Of a stretch of DNA of 64,000 nt, positions 24,713-37,300 are shown in pieces. The notes under the pieces were generated by a model that saw only the letters and a program-made list of their open reading frames with translations, ran no database searches and was not told where the DNA came from. The DNA is from Felis catus (Eukaryota): contig NC_058383.1 of the NCBI RefSeq assembly GCF_018350175.1, forward strand, positions 1,426,001-1,490,000, given 5' to 3'. Each line of letters begins with the position of its first letter. Position 1 is the stretch's first letter. The position numbers and the translations under genes are program-made.

Positions 24713-26241
24713 CCCATCCATCCATCCATCCATTCATCCATCCATCCATCCATTTATCCATCCATCCATCCATCCATCCATCCATCCATCCACCTTCTAT
24801 CCATCCATCCATCCATCCATCCATCCATCCATAAACCTTCCATCCATCCATCCATAAATCTTCCATCCATCCATCCATTCATTCATCCATCTACCTTCTA
24901 CCCATCCATCTGTCCATCCATCCATCCATCCATTTATCCAACCACCTTCCATCCATCCATCCATCCATCCATCCATCCATAAATCTTCCATCCATCCATC
25001 CATTCATTCATCCATCCACCTTCTACCCATTCATCTGTCCATCCATCCATTTATCCAACCACCTTCCATCCATCCATCCATCCATCCATCCATCCATCCA
25101 CCTTCTACCCATCCATCCACCTACCATCCATCCATCCATCCATCCATTTATCTAACCACCTTCCATCCATCCATCCATCCATTTATCCATCTACCTTCCA
25201 TCCATCTGTCCATTCATCATCCATCCACCTTCCATCCATCCACCCATTCATCATCCATCTTCCACCCATCCATCCATCCATCCATCCATTTATCCATCCA
25301 TCCATCCATCCATTTATCCATCCACCCATCCATTCATCATCTAGCCATCCATCCACCTACCCATCCACCCACCCATCCATCCATCCATCCATTTATCCAA
25401 CCACCTTCCATCCATCCATCCATCCATCCATCCATTTATCCATCCACCTTCCATCCATCCACCCATTCATCATCCATCTTCCACCATCCATTCATCTATT
25501 CATCCATCCATTTATCCATCCATTCATCCATCCATCCATCCATTTATCCATCCATCCATCCATCCACCTTCTATCCATCCATCCATCCATCCATCCATAA
25601 ACCTTCCATTCATCCATCCATTCATTCATCCATCTACCTTCTACCCATCCATCTGTCCATCCATCCATCCATTTATCCAACCACCTTCCATCCATCCATC
25701 CATAAATCTTCCATCCCTCCATCCATTCATTCATCCATCCACCTTCTACCCATCCATCTGTCCATCCATTTATCCAACCACCTTCCATCTATCCATCCAT
25801 CCATCCATCCATCCATCCATCCATCTACCTTCCATCCATCCACGTTCCATCCATCCATCTATACACCTTCCATCCATCCATCCATCCATCCATCCACCTT
25901 CTACCCATCCATCCACCTACCCATCCACCCATCCATCCATCCATCCATCCATTTATCCATCCACCTTCCATCCATCTGTCCATTCATCATCCATCCACCT
26001 TCCATCCATCCACCCATTCATCATCCATCTTCCACCCATCCATTCATCTATTCATCCATCCATTTATCCATCCACCCATCCATCCATCCATCCATCCATT
26101 TATCCATCCATCCATCCAACTTCCATCCATCCATCCATCCATCCATTTATCCATCCATCCATCCATCCATTCATCATCTAGCCATCCATCCACCTACATC
26201 CTTTCATGTCCTGCCCATCTTCCCATCCATCTACCCATCCC
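24713..26241. repeat. ~1.5 kb (TCCA)n/(TGGA)n complex microsatellite array
   Basis: Directly visible; nearly G-free on the + strand. Confidence 0.98.
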
Positions 26242-27651
26242 CTTCTGATCACAAACCATACTGGACACTGAGGTACAGGAATGCCTTATAGAACCCAAGA
26301 TTCCCTGTGTTTAAATGAGACTTTTGAATGAATTGCTCTCCTAGGGCCCTTTACATTCTCGTTTTCCTTGACTTCTATGCAAGGACAACCAAAACTTTAG
26401 GCTGACAGGGTTACACTGGTTTCACAAGGGCCAAGTCAGAGACAGGGTCTCATGCCCATTGACTCTGGGATAGACACAGATTGCCACTTGCCCCTGTTTG
26501 AGCCGGATCCCAGGAACTGAGATCCCTATCACAGGGCAAGTACAGTGGACGTTCCAGAGACGGCCTCTATTGACCATAGCGACATTAACATGGCATCCAG
26601 AGGGTGTCCCTCACTTTCTGTGTAGTGGGAGCCTCCTGCTGACCTCTGGATCTGCAGGACCCCGAGGAAGAAGTGGGGGCCACTCATGCCCTGGGGGCAG
26701 GGCAGGTGTCTCCAGAAGCCTGAGGCTTATCTTTCCCTGGGTGGGGCAGGGCAGAGGCCATGGTGTGGAAGCCCCTGAGCTGACATCCTCATCAGACCTG
26801 ACACCCTGCTCTGGCCACTGCTGTTGGAGCTGTGCCTGGACCTCCCACCTCACCTGTACACCCCGGGGGCTGTTTACAGCCCACACCCGTGCCCCCAGCT
26901 GGGCTGCGCACAGTGTGTCGCTGGGTGGGGCTGACATCCCAGAGGGTGGCCTCTGAGCTGGAGGTGAAGCGGGGGCAGGAGCCCCGTCTGCCCCGGCTCC
27001 ACCAGCACTGGGATTCCTGGGGTTGGCCCTGACCTCCGGAGCAGCCTGGGTACTGCCGGAGCACCATAGAGTTTGGAGTTAATAACAGACGTTTTTATCT
27101 TTTCCACAGTTTTCTTGTTGCTCTGTGGCCTCTGCCCATTGAATCTGGGCCCCAGCTGCCTCGCGGGGGAGGCAGACACAGCTAGAACAAAGAAATCAAT
27201 TGACTTTCTGGATGAATTTTTAAAAACTCACAGCAGAGGCAATATTCTGAAAGCGCAGAGGATTTCTTTTGCAACAGCAGAGCTTTCTGAGAAAGAAAGG
27301 GTTTTTGAGTGAGAACACAGACTTTATTGGCATAAGCTGCAGACTGGGGAAAAACAGTGAGGGCCTTTTTCCTGTCCAAACAGGGGCAATGATTGGATCG
27401 GGGGGAAGCAGGGAGGGGGCTTCCGAGCCCCTCATCTGGCCCCTGCTCTGGGAAGGCGGCTAATGGGAAATCCAAGTAAGTTTGGGGGCTGCTGGTGCGT
27501 GAGACCCAGGCTGGCGCCCTGCGTTCATAGGGAAGCCCCCACCTGACACCATCACGGTGGCCCCCACGGGAGGCGTCCCCAGCCACGGCTCCTACAAGGA
27601 CACGTCACCATTGCTATTAACATTATTTTTTGGTTTACAAAGCGATCGGCT

Positions 27652-28118
27652 TGTGTGCTAGTTAGCTACGGCCGTGTAACAAATCACCCCACAGTTTAGT
27701 GAGTTAGTATGCGTGTGTTACCTCACGTAATTTCTGGGGCCAGTTAGTTGGTAGTGGCTTAGCTGGGTGGTCCCTCAGGGTCTCTCGGGAGGCTGTGTCA
27801 TCTGAAGGCTCACCTGGGGCAGAGGATCCCCTCCTCCAAGGCGGCCCACGCATCAGTACCGGCCACTGCTGGCTGGGCCCCAGCTCCTCTCATCTGGCCG
27901 TGTCCATGGGCTACTTGAGCATCTTCATGACAGGATGGGTGGCCCACGGGCACAAGGAGGAAGTCCCTGCCCCTTGTGGCCTTGCTGGGAGTCACCCTCT
28001 GCCTTTTCCACACTATCCTGTCGTCGCCCAGGCCACTCAGAGTCGGAAGAGGCCTTATGAGGTCATAAATACCAGCAGGGAGGGTCTCTGGAGGCCATCT
28101 TGGAGGTTGGCTGCTGTG
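27652..28118 (-). mobile_element. MaLR solo LTR, MLT1H-like
   Basis: gtaacaaatcacccc, ggcttagctgggtgg, gtcatctgaaggctcacctggggcagaggatcc and ggccatcttggaggttggct match MLT1H antisense as recalled. Confidence 0.75.
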
Positions 28119-29289
28119 GTTAGTGACGTGCTTTCTGGATCTCAAAGCACTTTGGCATTTCCAAAGAACTGCTGTCTACGGCAGAGTTTTGCACACATTT
28201 AGCTCATGGGCTCCTGAGACGTTCCCGTTTTCCCCGCAAAGGGGCTGAGGTGGGGGCTTTGTGAGTCACTGTGGTCATTGTTATGCCCTGAGCTGGGCCT
28301 CCGGGGCTGGCGGGGCCCAGGAAGGCCTCCCGGAAGAGAGGTCCAACCCCAGCCCCAAAGAGTAAGGCCAGAGCCAAGAATGAAGGGGGTCACTTCTGGG
28401 TCAGCCAGGAGCAAGGTGTACAGAGGACTCGAAAATGCAGCGACGCCTGTTACGGAGGGTCTGGGAAGCCTGGCCCGCAAGACATCCGCCTGCAGGTGCC
28501 ACGTCCCCATGTGTTCCCCCCCCCCCACTCTGCGTACCAGCACCCGGCCCAGGACTCAGCCCCCAGGGCGTCTGTGCAATTCAGGGCCGGGCCTGGTGGC
28601 GGACCGGGAAACAGAGACCACGTCTGCTGACGTTTTGTGCTGCTGTGTGGCCAGCCTGTCTGGGGGAGGCATCTAGGGGAGGCCTGGAGGCGGGAGGCCT
28701 GCCTGGGGGAGGTTGAGGCTCTGAGGGCCAGGCAGGGCCAGGCCTGAGAAGGCCCCTGGGGAGGGCGGCCTCGCTCGGCCTGTCCACGCTGGACCCAGCA
28801 AGCCAGGCCTCTCACTGCCCCTGCCGGGCACCCGGTGCCTCCTCCTGTTGTGCTCCCCCCTTCTCAGAGGAGCCCACGCTTTGCTGCTGAACCGCCTTCT
28901 CGGGGAAAGAGGGGGAGTTTCCAAGCTTCCCTCTTGGCTGGATTAGGGCAGCGTTAACCGGGCAGACTGGTCACAGATGCCCCTCCCCGAACCACCCAGC
29001 TAATAAAGCTCAGCATTAGAACCTAGCTGGCAGCGTCTGCCTGAGAGCTCGTGCTGGTTCGGGCTAAATTAATCCGAAAAGAGAGTCACCTGACGCTGAG
29101 GCCCATGTCTTCCAGGCAGCCTTGACAGGGGTGAGGAGGGAGGGCTGGCGCTCAGTTCTCAGTGAGGACAGAAGTCTCTCTGCTGCCCGAAAGGAGGCAG
29201 AGCGGTCGTGGCCTTGCGTCCTCCCCAGAGCCGCTCCGGCCGGGCTGGGGCGGGTGGGGGGCAGGGTGGCTGCCAGCAGGGTCCACGTG

Positions 29290-29695
29290 CTGACGGCCCA
29301 GACTCGGTGGCTTGAAACCATGGTTCATCCGCTCTCAAATCTGCCACGCGGGCAGGGCTGGGCACGAGCCGGAAGGCACGGGATGGGGCAGGTTCCCCGG
29401 GACGCACTCAGGCTGGGCTGCCCGTGGGCCTCTCTGCCGGGCCTGGGCTTCCAAAGAATAGGCATCGGGGTTCCCGCGGCAGGTGTCCCCGAGACAGCCA
29501 GGTGGCAATTGTATCGGCCTGTGTGACCCAGCCTCAGAAATCACAGAGCATGTCGTGGTCATGCCACTTGGCAGATGCCCCCAAACGCAGGCGGGGACAG
29601 ACTCCGCCTCTCAGCGGGGCAGTGGCCGGGTTCTGGAAGGCCTGGCTGGATGGGAAAGTGGCGTTGTGGCCTTTTTTAGAACCACGGTCGGCACA
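29290..29695 (-). mobile_element. MaLR LTR relic, MLT1F/G-like
   Basis: ctcggtggcttgaaac, gtgacccagcctcagaaatcacagagc, gggacagactccgcctctc and tgtggcctttttagaa. Confidence 0.45.
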
Positions 29696-30639
29696 CGCGT
29701 GGACCCTGGGCTCTGCGGCAGAAAGGACCCCAGATTCACTCAGCCCACAGCTCCCCAAGGGGACCAGCCCTGCTCGGGGCTCTGCCCTCCGGCCTCTGCA
29801 GACAGATGGGACCGAGACACCCCGTGTTAGCTTTCCACGTGCTGTGGTTCCCGAGGCGACCAGACATAGAGAAGGCCTGAGCTCGTGGACTTGAGGAGTG
29901 GGGGGCGGGGGCGGCCCCATGGCTGCCTGGGAGCGGGTGTGGGGCGGCCCTGGCCTCATTCCCCTTCATCAGAGGCTGAGGCACTTTTCTGACAGTCAAA
30001 CCCCTTTTCCTTCAACGTTGGGTTTCTGGGTCGTTACCAGACTCCCTCCCCCCCTCCTTCACCTCCTCCACGATTGTCCTTTCGGGAGGTCCCAGCCGGG
30101 TGATTCTGGAAACAGTGACGTGGACCAGCACCCGAGCCGTCACTCTGAGCTCACAGTCGCTGAATGTGGCTGTGAGCTGGCCAGCCGGAGACCCAGAGGA
30201 TGTCCCTGAACCTGCCCCAGGGCTTTCCTGAAACATCAGTCTTCCAGGTCCACGGTGCCCTGCGAGATGGCTCCAGGGCCCAGGGCAGGAAGCAGGGCCT
30301 CAGACGTCACCCTTCACCTCTAGTCCGGCAGCAGGGCCTACGAAGCCTTGCCTGGCCTGGGCTTTCCGCCACAGGTAAGGGTCTCCTTGACCACCTGGGG
30401 GACACACGGCCCGGGCAAGGGCCCCGTGGTGGGGTCTGTGTGTGCGCTGGGGCAACGGTGGCTCCAGAGCTGGGCACGTGGATCCGATGGCCGAGACCCC
30501 GTGTGAGTGAGATGGTGACAACAAACCCAGCAAGCTGGCAGGCGTGCCCCAAGTCATGTGCTGGGGGGGGTCCCCACTCTCTCTTCCGAGGGTGACGGGG
30601 GCCCAGCTCGGCCCCATCAAGCCTCCGAGTTAACAAGTT

Positions 30640-30850
30640 CAGGCCTGGTGATTAACTAGCTTCACAAAGTTGATGAAAAAAATCCCGATATAAATAAATA
30701 TTCCTGGAGATATTCCACCCCCTGCAGGCATGAACTTTGAATAATTGCAGGGAATTATGCTGAGGACTAATCAAAACTTTTTTTCCTCTGCTAATTACCT
30801 CTGGATTTCATCAGTGTCAGAATCTAATCAACTCCAGACATCTTAATCGA
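30640..30850. promoter_or_regulatory. Candidate enhancer: AT-rich non-repetitive island with clustered homeodomain cores
   Basis: TGATTAA 30649, TAATTG 30742, AATTA 30753, TAATCA 30768, CTAATTA 30791, TAATCA 30825 and TAATCG 30844 fall within 210 bp in a very GC-rich context. Confidence 0.45.
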
Positions 30851-32221
30851 CCCTCGGGGATGTGAGGGATGGGGGAGCTTGGTGTCACACAGAGGGGCCC
30901 CGGGGCCGGGGTGGGGGCGGCCGAGGGCTGTCCCCCCTCTGATCAGGAAAGAAGCCCTTCCCCACCTCAGGCCAGCTTCCCTGTCTGCCCTCCATCATCA
31001 CCACCCCTCCTCCCGATGGGGCCCCGGGGGGGGGGGGGGCTGGCCCCGGGGTGGCCCCCAATCTGGGGCTGGCTCCGTAGAGCCCTGGGGGCAGTTGGAG
31101 ACCTGGGGCCAGGGGTGCTCGGGTGGAAGGAGGCTTTGCTGCCTCCCCTGCAGGAAATCATTTGCATCTGATGAAAAATCCCTCAGAGGAGCAGAGCTCA
31201 AAGCTCAGGAGCCTGGGAGCAGAGGCCCTCCGAGCCGCTGGCCTGATCGCCGGGTTCTCCCTGGTGTCCTGGGTGCAGGGGACCCCTGGAGTCGGGCCAG
31301 CTGGGCCCCGAGAGAGCCCTCAGCCCCTCGGGGCCAGGCGCCCCGCCCCCCCTTCCCCCCCTTTCTGGCCTGGCTCCCATCCCTTCCCTCCTTCCCTTCC
31401 GGTCTCCTGGGACCAAGAAAGCCTTTGCCAGTTTCAGAGGCAAAACTCAGCAGCATAGAAATCCACCTTCGGGAAGCCCAAACCTCCGCTCTGAACCCCT
31501 CAGCCCCCTTCTCCTGCCCCCCTCCCCTGCAAAGCTCCTCAGACAAACAGGCCCCTCCCGGTTCCTAGCGCCCAGCTGCCTGCAGACCCCACGGGAACAG
31601 CCTCATGGGCCTGAAGGAATGAAGTGCCTCGTGACCCCCCAGCCCCTGGCCCACAGGCGGCTGGGGAGGTGGGGTGCTGCCCTGCACCCCCCTGTCAGGG
31701 GGTCACGTACACCCAGGATAGCCACAGAGGGGTGTGCTTCCTTCTCCAGGGCTGAACATAGTCATGACTCCCCCAGGCAGGCGGGTACCGGCCCCATGAC
31801 CACCCGAGAGGCCCGTTCTGCTCCCCATTTCTCCGGCGTAGCAGGTGCTGGGACCCCAACCCCATGTCCTTTCTCCTGCTGCAGACAGAGGGGACCCGGG
31901 GCGGGGCCGTGTCCAGCGCCCAGAGCTCGAAACCTGCTGCGGCCACTCCCCTCCCGTGCAGAAAGCAAAGTCTCCCAGCTCTGGTCAAAGCGACAAGAAG
32001 GCCAAGTGGTGTTTGCTACCGAACCTTCCTGAAGGGGGTTGAGATCACCTTTAATTTCAGAGCAAAGGAGGTAGGAGGCATAGGGGCTTTGCAGGGAAAG
32101 GGCCCCACAGGTCCCGCCCTTGACGGTAGGGGTGGGGAGGGTGCGCTGGGTGAGAGGTCCAGGAAGGCAGGGAGCCCCAGGGTGGGAGGACAGAGGTGCA
32201 TGGAGGGGCTCTGGGAGAGCA

Positions 32222-32355
32222 GGGGTCTTAGGGAGATGGGGTTCTGGGGAGATGGGGTTCCGGGGAGGTAAGTTCTGGGGAAGTGGGGTCTGGGGAGGTG
32301 GGGTCCGGGAGGCGGGGTCTGGGGAGGTGGGGTCTGAGGAGGTGGGGTCCCGGGA
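32222..32355. repeat. Degenerate 15-16 bp G-rich minisatellite (ggggtctggggaggt)
   Basis: About eight units visible; many G4 runs. Confidence 0.85.
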
Positions 32356-33045
32356 CAGGGCGAGTCTTGGGGAGTTTGGAGATGGTGATCCTAAAAAATA
32401 TTGGTCTTGGGAAGGCAAGATTTGGGCTTCTTAGGGGGTAGGAGGTTAGAAATCTTGGGAGGTGGGGGTCCTGTGTAGATGTGGGGCCCCAAGGAGGCAA
32501 GGGGAAGGAGCCCCAGGAAGGTGGGGGTCCTGGACAGCTGGGGGTTCTGGGGGGATCCCCCTGTCTTGGTCTCATTACTCTGTCCGGTTTCTCTGTCTCT
32601 TGATTCACTTTAGAACTCTCTAGAGGGGGCCTGTCTAGATGCCCCCTCCTTGTCCACCTGTTCCGCACGGGGTCTCAGGTGTGCCGCTGAGCAGGGCAGA
32701 GAGCGGGGTGCAGGGAGCTGGCCGGTGCCCCCACAGTGCCCGTCGGGGAGGGAGGTGATGCTGTAGCCGCGGCCACCGCCCCCCGAGGTCCCGGGAGGGT
32801 GAGGAGAGGCCCGGAGCCCCTGGGCCCCGAGCACCCTGGCCCTCCTGCCACCCTGCGAGCTCAGCTGGACCTTGGACGTTAGTTTCTGGGCCAGACACGG
32901 GGCAGGTGCCCGCTGGTGCTGGAGATGGATGGGGTCCAGATCCGGGGGTCCTCTTCTCCCGCGGGACACAGAGGGAGCCCAGCTGGAGCCCCTCCCAACT
33001 CCCGTCACCACACACGCCCCCCACCCCCACCCCCGGCCAGGCCCT

Positions 33046-33046
<1 letters not shown>

Positions 33047-33082
<36 letters not shown>
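33047..33082. repeat. (CA)18 microsatellite
   Basis: Perfect dinucleotide run. Confidence 0.98.
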
Positions 33083-33085
<3 letters not shown>

Positions 33086-33479
33086 CTTCCGCTCCGGGCT
33101 GTGAGGTGACGCAGCCCCCTCGGGGGGCCGATTCCAGACTCGGAAGCAATCCCAGACTGGATCTGCAGCCCTGCCCCCCTGAGGGACGGGGTGCCGCTTC
33201 CCCACGCAGGACAGGACGCGGCAAGGGGGCAGGACCGGCTGCTGCCTCACCCTGACACTAGCTTGCTGTGTGGCTTCGGGGCCGGTCTCCCCTCTCTGGG
33301 CCTGTTTCCCTTCTCTCCTTCTGATCGGACTCCACACGCCCTCAAGGTCCCTTCTGGCACAGACACTATCTCTCCAGCTGGGCTGCGGCCTCTGCCCCGG
33401 GCCGTCCGAGGCAGCCCCCTGACCGCCCGCCCGCCCACCCACCCTCTCGGACCCCAGGCTCCGCCGGCCTCTGGCTGCA

Positions 33480-33870
33480 GCAGGGACATCCATCACTGCT
33501 CCGTGATAGATTATCTGTCCCTCCTCCTGCCGCCGCTCTGCTATTTTGGTTGCAGAATAATGTTTATCCCTTCACACAACACTGGCACCCTCCCCCTCCT
33601 CCCTCTGTCCTTCCCGCGCTCCTCCCCGCTCCCTCTGTGCGTGCGCTCCCAGCAGAAATCAGGAGATCTGCTCCGGCTACTTTCATGATTTTAATTTTCC
33701 GTTCTCCTTCTCCTCTCTTCCCCCTTATTACATTTTGGGCTCTTTCTGGGCTGCTGGAAGGAGCATACATTTTCCCGGTGAAGTTTTTTTTTTTTAATAA
33801 AAACCATCATTTATGATTATTTTTCTTTCCCACTGACTGTCAGCCTTCTCATTTCATTTCTTATCTACGC
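33480..33870. promoter_or_regulatory. Candidate conserved non-coding/regulatory element
   Basis: Non-repetitive, pyrimidine-rich, locally AT-rich block with an inverted GATA pair TGATAG-a-TTATCT (33504-33516) and the palindrome CTGAC-t-GTCAG (~33833-33843), flanked by CpG-rich DNA. Confidence 0.4.
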
Positions 33871-34178
33871 GGCTTCCCGCCTGCCTTGTCACCCACTCGG
33901 ACCGGGGTGCGTGCGTGTGCGCGCACTGGGGCTGGAGGGTGGCTTCGGGGCCGAGGTCCGGGCCCTCCCCTCCCCCGCCCCCTCCGCTCCCCAGGCCCCG
34001 GGCTTCTGCTCAGCTCTGCTTCATGGGGGACCGAGGTCACAGAGGAGGCGGGCTGCAACTGACCCCTGTCCGGCCTGCACACGTTTCCCCACAAAGCAAA
34101 GGCTGCTGGTCCCCCACACCCTACCAGTGGTACCTGGGCGGGTCCCTTCATTGCTGACACTCAGTTTCCCCGTCTTTA

Positions 34179-34392
34179 CTTGTTTATTTTTTTAAAGTTT
34201 TATGTATATATTTTGAAAGAGAGAGAGAGCATGTGCAGGGGAGGGGCAGAGAGAGAGGGAGAGAGAGCGTCCCAAGGAGGCTCCGAACTGATGGTGCAGA
34301 GGGACCCAGACCCATGAACCATGAGGTCATGACCCGAGCTGAAATCAAGAGCTTGAACCTCAGCCAGCTGAGCCCCCCAACTCCCGGCACCC
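34179..34392 (-). mobile_element. Can-SINE (older subfamily) inserted in a MIR-like core
   Basis: gagctgaaatcaagagc diagnostic; TSD ttcccc(g/a)tcttta on both sides. Confidence 0.88.
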
Positions 34393-37300
34393 TGGTTCCC
34401 CATCTTTAAATAGAGACAAACATAGACAGGATTGTAGATCAGTTTTTCATTCAACAAACACCGATTGCGGGTCTGCTGACAAGAGCTACGTGCCTGTTCT
34501 GGGGTAGGAGCCAGTTCATAGGTCACCTTCCTGCACACCAGCCCCCCCCTCCCCCCAGGATGCAGCCCTGGGCTTCCCTCTGATTTTGCTGTGTGGCTTC
34601 GGTGAGTCATTGACCCTCTCTGAGCCTTCCTCCATTTCCTTCTCTGAGTTCCCTCCACCGCAGGCGGGACATGTCCCTTCCCCGTGGGTCCCCAGGGGAG
34701 CCCGTTTCAAGCAGCGTCGGCCTCTCCCCAGTTCCTCCTGGCTGCTTGCCGGTCACCTGGAGAGGTCAGACCTGTCTTCAGGTGTCTGTGACCAGCTGGG
34801 CTCTGGAGCCCAAGTTCGTGGCAGGGAGAGGCAACGTGTCCCTGCCACACTGGCCCCTGCTCCCCGGTGATCCTTGGAGAGGGGGCCCCGCTGGGTCTGC
34901 TGGTGGACGGGCTCCAAAGCCCAGGGCCACCGTCGCGGGTTCCGAGGTTGATCTGAGGGGTGAGAGGTGGGGTCTGCCCCACCCCTCAGCTTCCCCCAAA
35001 CAGTGGTAGCAGAGGTTCCATGAATATTCATATACTCACATGAATATTCACGGCGATAATGAGGCACCTCCTCCCTATCCCCTTGACCTTGGGCCCTCTG
35101 TCGCTTTCCCAGACTCCCCACGGCCCATCTCTCCACTGACAGGGATCGTCTGGCCGCCTGACGGGGGCCTCTGGTCCAAGGAGACCCCCGCGTGGAAAGG
35201 ATCCCTGGTGTGGTCAGGAGAGCCAGGCTCCCATCTCCACGCTGGCCTCAACCCCCGCCCCCGTGTGAGGGCTAGCCCCTCCCTGGGCCTCAGTTTCCCT
35301 TCTGACCTCCAGGGCTCTTCTGGCCCCGAGAGGGTTCAGCCAGGATCACCGCCCCGGGAGCAAACAATTTCTCTCTGATTCCATGTCCTGAGAGCTCCTT
35401 TGTGCAGAGACAAACCCGGAGGCTCAGGTTCCCGGAGGGCGGACCAGGCCAGGCTTGGGTTACCTGTAACCAGAGAGGCCTGGGGTCAGGTGTCCCCGCT
35501 GCCCTGAACACCTGCAGCCAGGTCCTGCTCAGCTGGCGGTCCCTCGGGACAGGCAAGATGGGGGTGGGCCTGGGGCCCTCACCGGGAGGCTGCAGGTGCG
35601 GCCGGGGAGGGAATGCAGGGGTGAGCGGGAGGGAGTAGGGCGAGCTGGGACCTTCCCTCTCCGGGCCAGGACCGCCTGCAGGGACCCGGACTCTGCTCCT
35701 CATGCCGCGTGACCTTGAGCAGGCCGCTCAGCTCTGTGCCTCAGTGTCCCTCTCTGTGCACGCCTGCCCACCGTGTTCAAGGCTGAGCCACCCGGGCCCG
35801 AGCAAGAGAGCGCCACTCTGAAGGCTCTTGGCCGGTTGTCCGGAGCGGCCCCAGCTGGGGGAGCCGGGCAGACCGAGCGCTGCTGTGGGCGTCTCCAGCC
35901 AGCCCCCTGGCCCGTGCCCCCAAAGTGCCCGAGATCAAGCCCACCGCCAGCTCCGGGCCCCCACGGGCTCTTCCTCTGCCTGTGCCAAACCCCGTTTCCC
36001 CGTGTCTCCTTCTTTGCTTACCTGGCTCCCACCGGGCCGTCAGCTGTGGGCATGTGGGGTCCTCACGCCTTTCTGGGGGTGCAGCCCCGTCTGCCCCCTG
36101 GATGGACCCTCCTCTGGGGCCATGGGCAGTTCTGGGCCGCAGGCCTCATCTGGAGGGGGCTGTGGCAGGAGCAGATAGGGTGTCCGGAATCGTCAAGGAG
36201 GACGGACCGTGCCCAGCACCTTCTGGAAAGTTCCGGGACCCGGGGCTCCCTCGGCAGGTCCATCCAGCTGCGTGCGGACTTTGTCCTGGGGGCTTCGCCT
36301 GCGTCTCCAACTCCGGGGGCTCCGTGAGCCGCGGCCTCTGCGACGTGCCCGAGACCTTGCACGTGAGGCCTTGTGCGCGGGCACATTCAAGTCTCGGGGA
36401 GACCTGAACCCTCATTCCTGTGCTTCCAAGTGCACACCCTGACCCCTGTCCTTGGGGCTGTGCCCTGACCGCATCGGGTGCAAGGGGAGCAAAGGAGTGT
36501 TTCAGGCTTGTCCAAGGTCACCTGGGCAGCAAGCGGGGACCAGGCCCGCCTCGCCGCGGTCTGCCCTTCCCGGGAGGAGGACAGATGGAGGTCCCTTGTC
36601 TGTGGGTCTTGCTCAGGCTGACCCTGCGTGAGCTCCGTAGCGGAGGCCCAGCCCACTCCATGCTGTTTGCCTAAATTTGTCCAGCCTCGTCTTCCCACGG
36701 GACCCACACGGCCACCGCCGACATCTGTGGGGACACAGCAGAGGAATGCCTAATGAGGGCTCGGCGTGGCCCCACCACGGAGCACAGGCTGGGACAGATG
36801 GTCTATCATTACCCATTTTTATTAATTACCGTCTGCGCGTGCCTCGACTGGCTCCCAAGCCCCAGGCTTGTCGGCCGCGCGCGGCCCCAGCTATTCTGGA
36901 AGAAGAAACGGCCCTTCATTTAGCTTAACGTGCGTTTCCTCCCAGCTTCCTTTGAGACCAGACGCTTCTGGCTCAGTGCGGTCCCTGGGGTACCAGGCCA
37001 GCCGAGGCGAAGCCAGCGGGCAGCTGCAGAGGGCCCGGTACAGGGACAGACACAGGGGCCCCGGTGTCCCCGGCCCAGGGCGTGGGGAGGCGGCAGACGC
37101 TGGGGCCCCCGGGGCCCCCGCCCGGAAGCCCCCCTCAGGATGCTCGCTCTCCGCTGGCCTCTGGGAGGGGGGGGTGTCTTCCTGCCACGGGGCCCCCACA
37201 CCCCTGTGGCTGCGGCGAGCCTGTGCGCCCGTGCGTCCGTCCGGGTCGAGGTCCGCAGCCTTCCTCAGGTTGGGGGACCCGGCCGGGCGCTCCCGTCCCT

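Noticed and set aside
24390..25788. MDGW-repeat ORFs
   Set aside because: Translation of (TGGA)n microsatellite and SINE sequence.
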